Part shown: positions 60,084 to 64,000 of the stretch, in pieces
How positions within the stretch are numbered: position 1 is the first letter of the stretch
Layout: each line of letters begins with the position of its first letter
Assembly: GCA_963681965.1 (NCBI GenBank)
Contig: OY820579.1
Location: forward strand, 2,304,001 to 2,368,000
DNA length: 64,000 bases
From: a bacterium
GTDB lineage: Bacteria; Electryoneota; JAOADG01
Reading direction: 5' to 3'
The notes under the pieces: generated by a model
Database searches by the model: none
The model's input: the letters and a program-made list of their open reading frames with translations, nothing else
What the model was told of the DNA's origin: nothing
Program-made: the position numbers and the translations under genes

Positions 60084-60628
60084 TAATTAAACATAACTTT
60101 GCTCAACATCCTATTGATGTGTTCTCACAGTTTTCTGAGATCGATGAAACGTCATTATATAATGTTTGGATTATTCTCAATAATCATCTTTTAAGATTAG
60201 AATCCATCAATGCATACAAAGAATTCGCCAGCAGTATTCTTGCTTTTTACAGGTTTTCGATTGATTGTTGTATTAGAAATAATTTTTCTAAATTTGGTTT
60301 TGACGAATTAATTTTTAGCATCTATGATGTTTACTATTCTGTCGGAATAAAACTTGAGATCGATACTACTATGCAATTTGACAAGGATGCAGATTTTGAA
60401 TTGATTAAAATTAATATTATCCCACTACTTCAAGACATAGTATCAGAAATTCGATATTTATCCGCTTCATTGCCCCTCTTAACTGTAAGTTCTGCTGAAA
60501 ACGATCCAGATAGTGAATCTGAAAGTAAACCTAAATTATTAGTTCTTCGAAATGCAGCATTTTTGGAACCTCTTGTTGATAGCTTGGATTTTTCGAAGAT
60601 GTTCAACCGTATCTGTCATTCTGAATAG
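60080..60628 (+). CDS. Hypothetical protein, probably helical
   Basis: 182-aa ORF with GAGG RBS, coupled to the upstream gene. Confidence 0.65.
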   Translation: MIIKHNFAQHPIDVFSQFSEIDETSLYNVWIILNNHLLRLESINAYKEFASSILAFYRFSIDCCIRNNFSKFGFDELIFSIYDVYYSVGIKLEIDTTMQFDKDADFELIKINIIPLLQDIVSEIRYLSASLPLLTVSSAENDPDSESESKPKLLVLRNAAFLEPLVDSLDFSKMFNRICHSE

Positions 60629-60641
60629 TGTAGGAGAATTA

Positions 60642-63545
60642 ATGATTTCAATTTCACCTCTTAAATTAGACCTGCCTTCTATTTTCATTGGTTTATCTAC
60701 CCTCAGTATCCACGATGAGATAAACACTAAAGAAAACATTAACGATTTAATTATTGATCACGGTAAGTATTTTGGGAGATTGTGTCCTAATGATAATTAT
60801 TATAAATATTATTATAACCCTTCGTTTTATTATATGTTTAGTAAATTTGATTTATTGTCAATTTGCCTAACAGACGATTATCAATTAGGAACACAGAAAT
60901 TTGGATCACATCATCCTGATTGGAAAGGGAAATATCCCTTCCAATTTCAAACGATCATTGGACCATCTCCGAATAAAGATACAATTGAACTGTCCAAGGA
61001 AACATTTTTAAATCCAACAAATTGTCCACTAATAGCACTTTGCCAATTGAAAATCAATTGTTCGTTTATTATTGGAGGTGGTATAGAAATACTAAAGATA
61101 TTTATCGAAGCGATTAACGAGCACTTCAACGATTATAAACAAAAAAATTCAAGCTCCTGTATACATATACTTGTTAATAACTCTTTTTCTTGGCACGATT
61201 TAACAATACTTGTATTTTCAAATAGTTATATAGATATATTAAAATATATAGTTAATCTTCGTGAATTAACCTTGAATCGCCTTCTGAAGGATTCGCATTT
61301 AAGAAATAGATTCGAAAGTATAAGAAAAAGGTTATTATTTGAAAAAGAAACAAAATCTAAGGGAAATTTAAAGGTTGACAAAAACATAGATATTTATGAA
61401 TCACATTTATTTTCTGTATCTGTGACTTCTCTAGGGTTCGATTTTAAATATTTTGAAGAGTATAGTAATATTATTAGTAAGTGTAATGAAGGATATGAAA
61501 AATTTAAATTCAATATTAATAATATTATAAATGAAAAGAAGCCTTCTCTTTTTCCAATCAGACGGTGGATGACAAAGGCAGGTCACTTACAGTCTGCAAT
61601 TAATACACTTGAATTTCTTGATGATTGCGCTGATAATTCAAGTTTAGCCAAAATTTACCCTCGATTGCCATTTGGCGTAAAATATTTTGTTTGTACTGGT
61701 CGTGGTGGTGATCTAATAAACTATCCAATCAATAGCGTGCAAGACGATAAGGATAATAATATAGCTAATAAAAATTATTTGGATTTAAAAGCGTTAACTA
61801 GTAAGGAACTTATTGAATTTACATTAGAAAATCGATTTAAAGTCGATCAACACGATATTATTAGTGTTTATACATTCATATCAACTTTCTCTGATGAGGT
61901 TTTAAATGATGAGATTAGTCATGTTGAAAAAGAGAAGCATTTTGAACCAATCTTTGAGGATAAGTATCAACATAATGTAATAAAATACCAAACTACATCA
62001 GTAGGAAATTTTAACCAATTTCATAACTATATGAGACAAGGCGTAGCGATGGTGAATGATACTCGTTTATGTCATTCACTTGAAAAGTACAACCAATGCA
62101 TCCGCGACCGTTTACTTTTTTCAAATTTCATAGAATTGCGCGAAAGTATTAATGAATTCTTATTATCTGCAATAAATAGAATTAAATTAGGTGGAACACT
62201 AAATTCAGTTAATGAATACATTGGCTCCTTTGTCGATGCACTGGATGTTGCTTGGCGCAATCGCTATTACATGTCTTGGGATTTAAGTGATTTGACAGAT
62301 TTTAATCTGGAGTATAAAGGTGGTATTCAGTTGATTGTTACTGCAGTAAATGGAGCTTATAAAGCTATTACCAGTAATATCGGCGTTAAAGGATCTTTCG
62401 CATTTATTTCAGGATCTACTAGTGTAAAGGCAACTGGTAGAACAATGCATCTAAACTACGATGAAGTATTTTTTCCAGAATTCTTTGCTGTTCATGTTTG
62501 TCACGAAGCAGTAGAAAATTTATTGAAAAAAGTATACAATGATCGTATCTATGAGAAATTAGGTTACATCCAAGTACGAGATACTGAATATAGAAAATTT
62601 TTCGATGCGATGATTAATATTGTCAATCCTGACTTCGGCCCAAAAATGATTCAATCAGCTAATGAGAGAGTTATTAATAAATTTCCAAATTTTGAAAAAA
62701 TATTAAGAAAGCACCAAGTTTTATCCCAAGATCTCTGTACCGAAATATTCGCTGATTTTAATGCTTACTATTTCGTTTTTCGTAGAGATAAGGATTTATT
62801 TCTTTTTTGGTATCGACAAATGTTCCTTGGTGAGTCAGCTGCATGGATCAAAGAACCTGAGATTAGCAAGTTAAGCGAAACCGATGCAAAAAGTATTTTT
62901 AAATACTCAATCAACGAAGGTCTACTTTACCAATATTTATTACGCCTAGTTATTGTTCTTGGTCCAAATTCTAAAGATCTTATTTATGAATATTGGAAAG
63001 ATCCAGACCCGAAACTCTTTCGCTTAAAATACAGTAAATATACCGAGTTACACGATCTAGTCGTTGAGTTTTTTAAAGAACCAGCTCTTAAAGAATGGTT
63101 AGAATCTGTATATGGTTATTTAGAAGGTAAAGAGAAAGAGATCGGTGAAGCCGATGATTACTTACGTTATGAATTACTGAAAAATTCATTCGAGTCAGGT
63201 CATGTGATTAGTTACAAACAAACTGACATAGACAATCGCGCCAAGAAAACTTTTCAATTTACGACGTCCGTTTTGCATTCATATCTTAGACTTATGCATG
63301 AAAAAATAACTGATAACGATCCTGAATCTAAAGATGACAAATCACATATTTACTTAGTTGAACGCAAAGGCGATGGGTATATTAAGGTATATGATAATAG
63401 CCAATTTTGTTACGATATTCGAGGTGGAATGTATATTAACGATCACCAAAATAGATTAAATTATATGCGTTATCGTAACGTCCTCATGATGTCACTTTGG
63501 GATATGGCTACTAAAGATAAGATTCATGATATCGATATTTGTTGA
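60642..63545 (+). CDS. Large hypothetical protein with zincin-like HExxE...ExxAD motif
   Basis: ~3-kb ORF in very AT-rich DNA. ATG at 60642 after AGGAG. CHEAVE at ~62499 and EIFAD at 62742. Confidence 0.65.
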   Translation: MISISPLKLDLPSIFIGLSTLSIHDEINTKENINDLIIDHGKYFGRLCPNDNYYKYYYNPSFYYMFSKFDLLSICLTDDYQLGTQKFGSHHPDWKGKYPFQFQTIIGPSPNKDTIELSKETFLNPTNCPLIALCQLKINCSFIIGGGIEILKIFIEAINEHFNDYKQKNSSSCIHILVNNSFSWHDLTILVFSNSYIDILKYIVNLRELTLNRLLKDSHLRNRFESIRKRLLFEKETKSKGNLKVDKNIDIYESHLFSVSVTSLGFDFKYFEEYSNIISKCNEGYEKFKFNINNIINEKKPSLFPIRRWMTKAGHLQSAINTLEFLDDCADNSSLAKIYPRLPFGVKYFVCTGRGGDLINYPINSVQDDKDNNIANKNYLDLKALTSKELIEFTLENRFKVDQHDIISVYTFISTFSDEVLNDEISHVEKEKHFEPIFEDKYQHNVIKYQTTSVGNFNQFHNYMRQGVAMVNDTRLCHSLEKYNQCIRDRLLFSNFIELRESINEFLLSAINRIKLGGTLNSVNEYIGSFVDALDVAWRNRYYMSWDLSDLTDFNLEYKGGIQLIVTAVNGAYKAITSNIGVKGSFAFISGSTSVKATGRTMHLNYDEVFFPEFFAVHVCHEAVENLLKKVYNDRIYEKLGYIQVRDTEYRKFFDAMINIVNPDFGPKMIQSANERVINKFPNFEKILRKHQVLSQDLCTEIFADFNAYYFVFRRDKDLFLFWYRQMFLGESAAWIKEPEISKLSETDAKSIFKYSINEGLLYQYLLRLVIVLGPNSKDLIYEYWKDPDPKLFRLKYSKYTELHDLVVEFFKEPALKEWLESVYGYLEGKEKEIGEADDYLRYELLKNSFESGHVISYKQTDIDNRAKKTFQFTTSVLHSYLRLMHEKITDNDPESKDDKSHIYLVERKGDGYIKVYDNSQFCYDIRGGMYINDHQNRLNYMRYRNVLMMSLWDMATKDKIHDIDIC

Positions 63546-63787
63546 TGAATTGTGATAAAGATGAAGCAGTTCTGATGCTCGAGCATCACATAAGATCACA
63601 TCACCAAGTATGTGATATGCCGTCACAATTATAACAATTCATCACACGTGATCATTTGTCACAGTTTATCGACTTGACTTCGAATCGAAAATTGTCGAGA
63701 TTGGAGCTAACGGCTCAATTGTTCAATCCATCCAGTAACCGTTAGCTCTCGAGAAATGGTAATCTACTAATTCTATTAAGATTACAC

Positions 63788-63855
63788 TAGCTCAATCGGA
63801 TAGAGCACAAGCCTTCTAAGCTTGGGGTTGTGGGTTCGAGTCCCGCTGGGCGCGC
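63788..63855 (+). repeat. attR: displaced tRNA-Arg fragment lacking the 5' acceptor strand
   Basis: 68-bp identity to 33257-33324. Preceded by ATTACAC instead of GCGCCTA. Confidence 0.92.
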
Positions 63856-63912
63856 TTATTTGGTTCTTAATCCTTGGTGATTGGTTCTAAGTACTTAGGA
63901 TAATAAAACGTT

Positions 63913-63944
63913 AAAAAAAGGGCGAATAAGACTCGCCCTTTTTT
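63913..63944. terminator. Bidirectional intrinsic terminator, probably the original tRNA terminator
   Basis: AAAAAAAGGGCGA-loop-TCGCCCTTTTTT downstream of attR. Confidence 0.75.
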
Positions 63945-64000
63945 GATTTTAGCACGAACCTTGCAGTCGGGTAGGAAAGAGGGTTCGAACCTGCTGGGCA

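Larger units (their letters stand above)
33257..63855. mobile_element. Complete ~30.5-kb integrative element (genomic island) at tRNA-Arg(TCT)
   Basis: Identical 68-bp direct repeats at 33257-33324 and 63788-63855. Integrase next to the left repeat. Primase-helicase and defence cargo. Host REP arrays are absent inside. Confidence 0.92.

Noticed and set aside
60552-60641. Frameshifted single gene joining the 182-aa and 997-aa ORFs
   Set aside because: The large ORF has its own AGGAG + ATG at 60642 after the upstream stop, so two genes is the simpler reading.
33387-63787. Prophage or conjugative ICE
   Set aside because: No recognisable capsid, terminase, tail, lysis, relaxase or T4SS genes.
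63788-63855. Second functional tRNA-Arg gene
   Set aside because: The 5' acceptor strand GCGCCTA is missing, so it is the att duplication.
63966-64000. GGTTCGAACC as a tRNA T-loop at the window end
   Set aside because: The flanking bases do not form a proper T-stem on either strand. It is more likely the 3' end of a minus-strand CDS running off the window.

Overview
Bacterial genomic window. Many proteins end in a T9SS-type C-terminal sorting domain (YPNPFN...K-x-x-L-(L/V/I)-K), and Shine-Dalgarno and sigma70-type signals are used, which points by inference to a non-Bacteroidota FCB-group lineage. The first ~33 kb is host chromosome: a lipoprotein/outer-membrane pair, five secreted beta-propeller repeat proteins, an ArsR-hgcA-hgcB mercury-methylation operon, an M23 peptidase, a lipid kinase, an aminotransferase, an etfB-etfA-fixC-fixX operon interrupted by a low-GC ABC-ATPase/TOPRIM-like pair, an NmrA-like oxidoreductase and an Omp85 protein. 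Most intergenic spaces there hold long mosaics of more than 10 different GTAG-footed REP-like palindromes. At 26927-27350 there is a full sigma54 promoter layout (phased TGCA boxes, IHF site, -24/-12) ahead of a ~285-nt structured, repeat-rich unit with no long ORF and a strong terminator: a candidate novel sRNA. The second half is a complete ~30.5-kb element integrated in tRNA-Arg(TCT), bounded by a 68-bp direct repeat (33257-33324 / 63788-63855). It carries two convergent paralogous tyrosine recombinases, an iteron-rich ori-like region, an AEP primase-helicase, two secreted cargo proteins and a defence cluster: PLD-SNF2 helicase, N6-MTase fused to a Schlafen/AlbA_2 domain, TIR-SLOG, and an unannotated AT-rich three-gene operon with a cryptic TIR-like and a zincin-like domain. 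All calls come from reading motifs by eye; no database searches were run.
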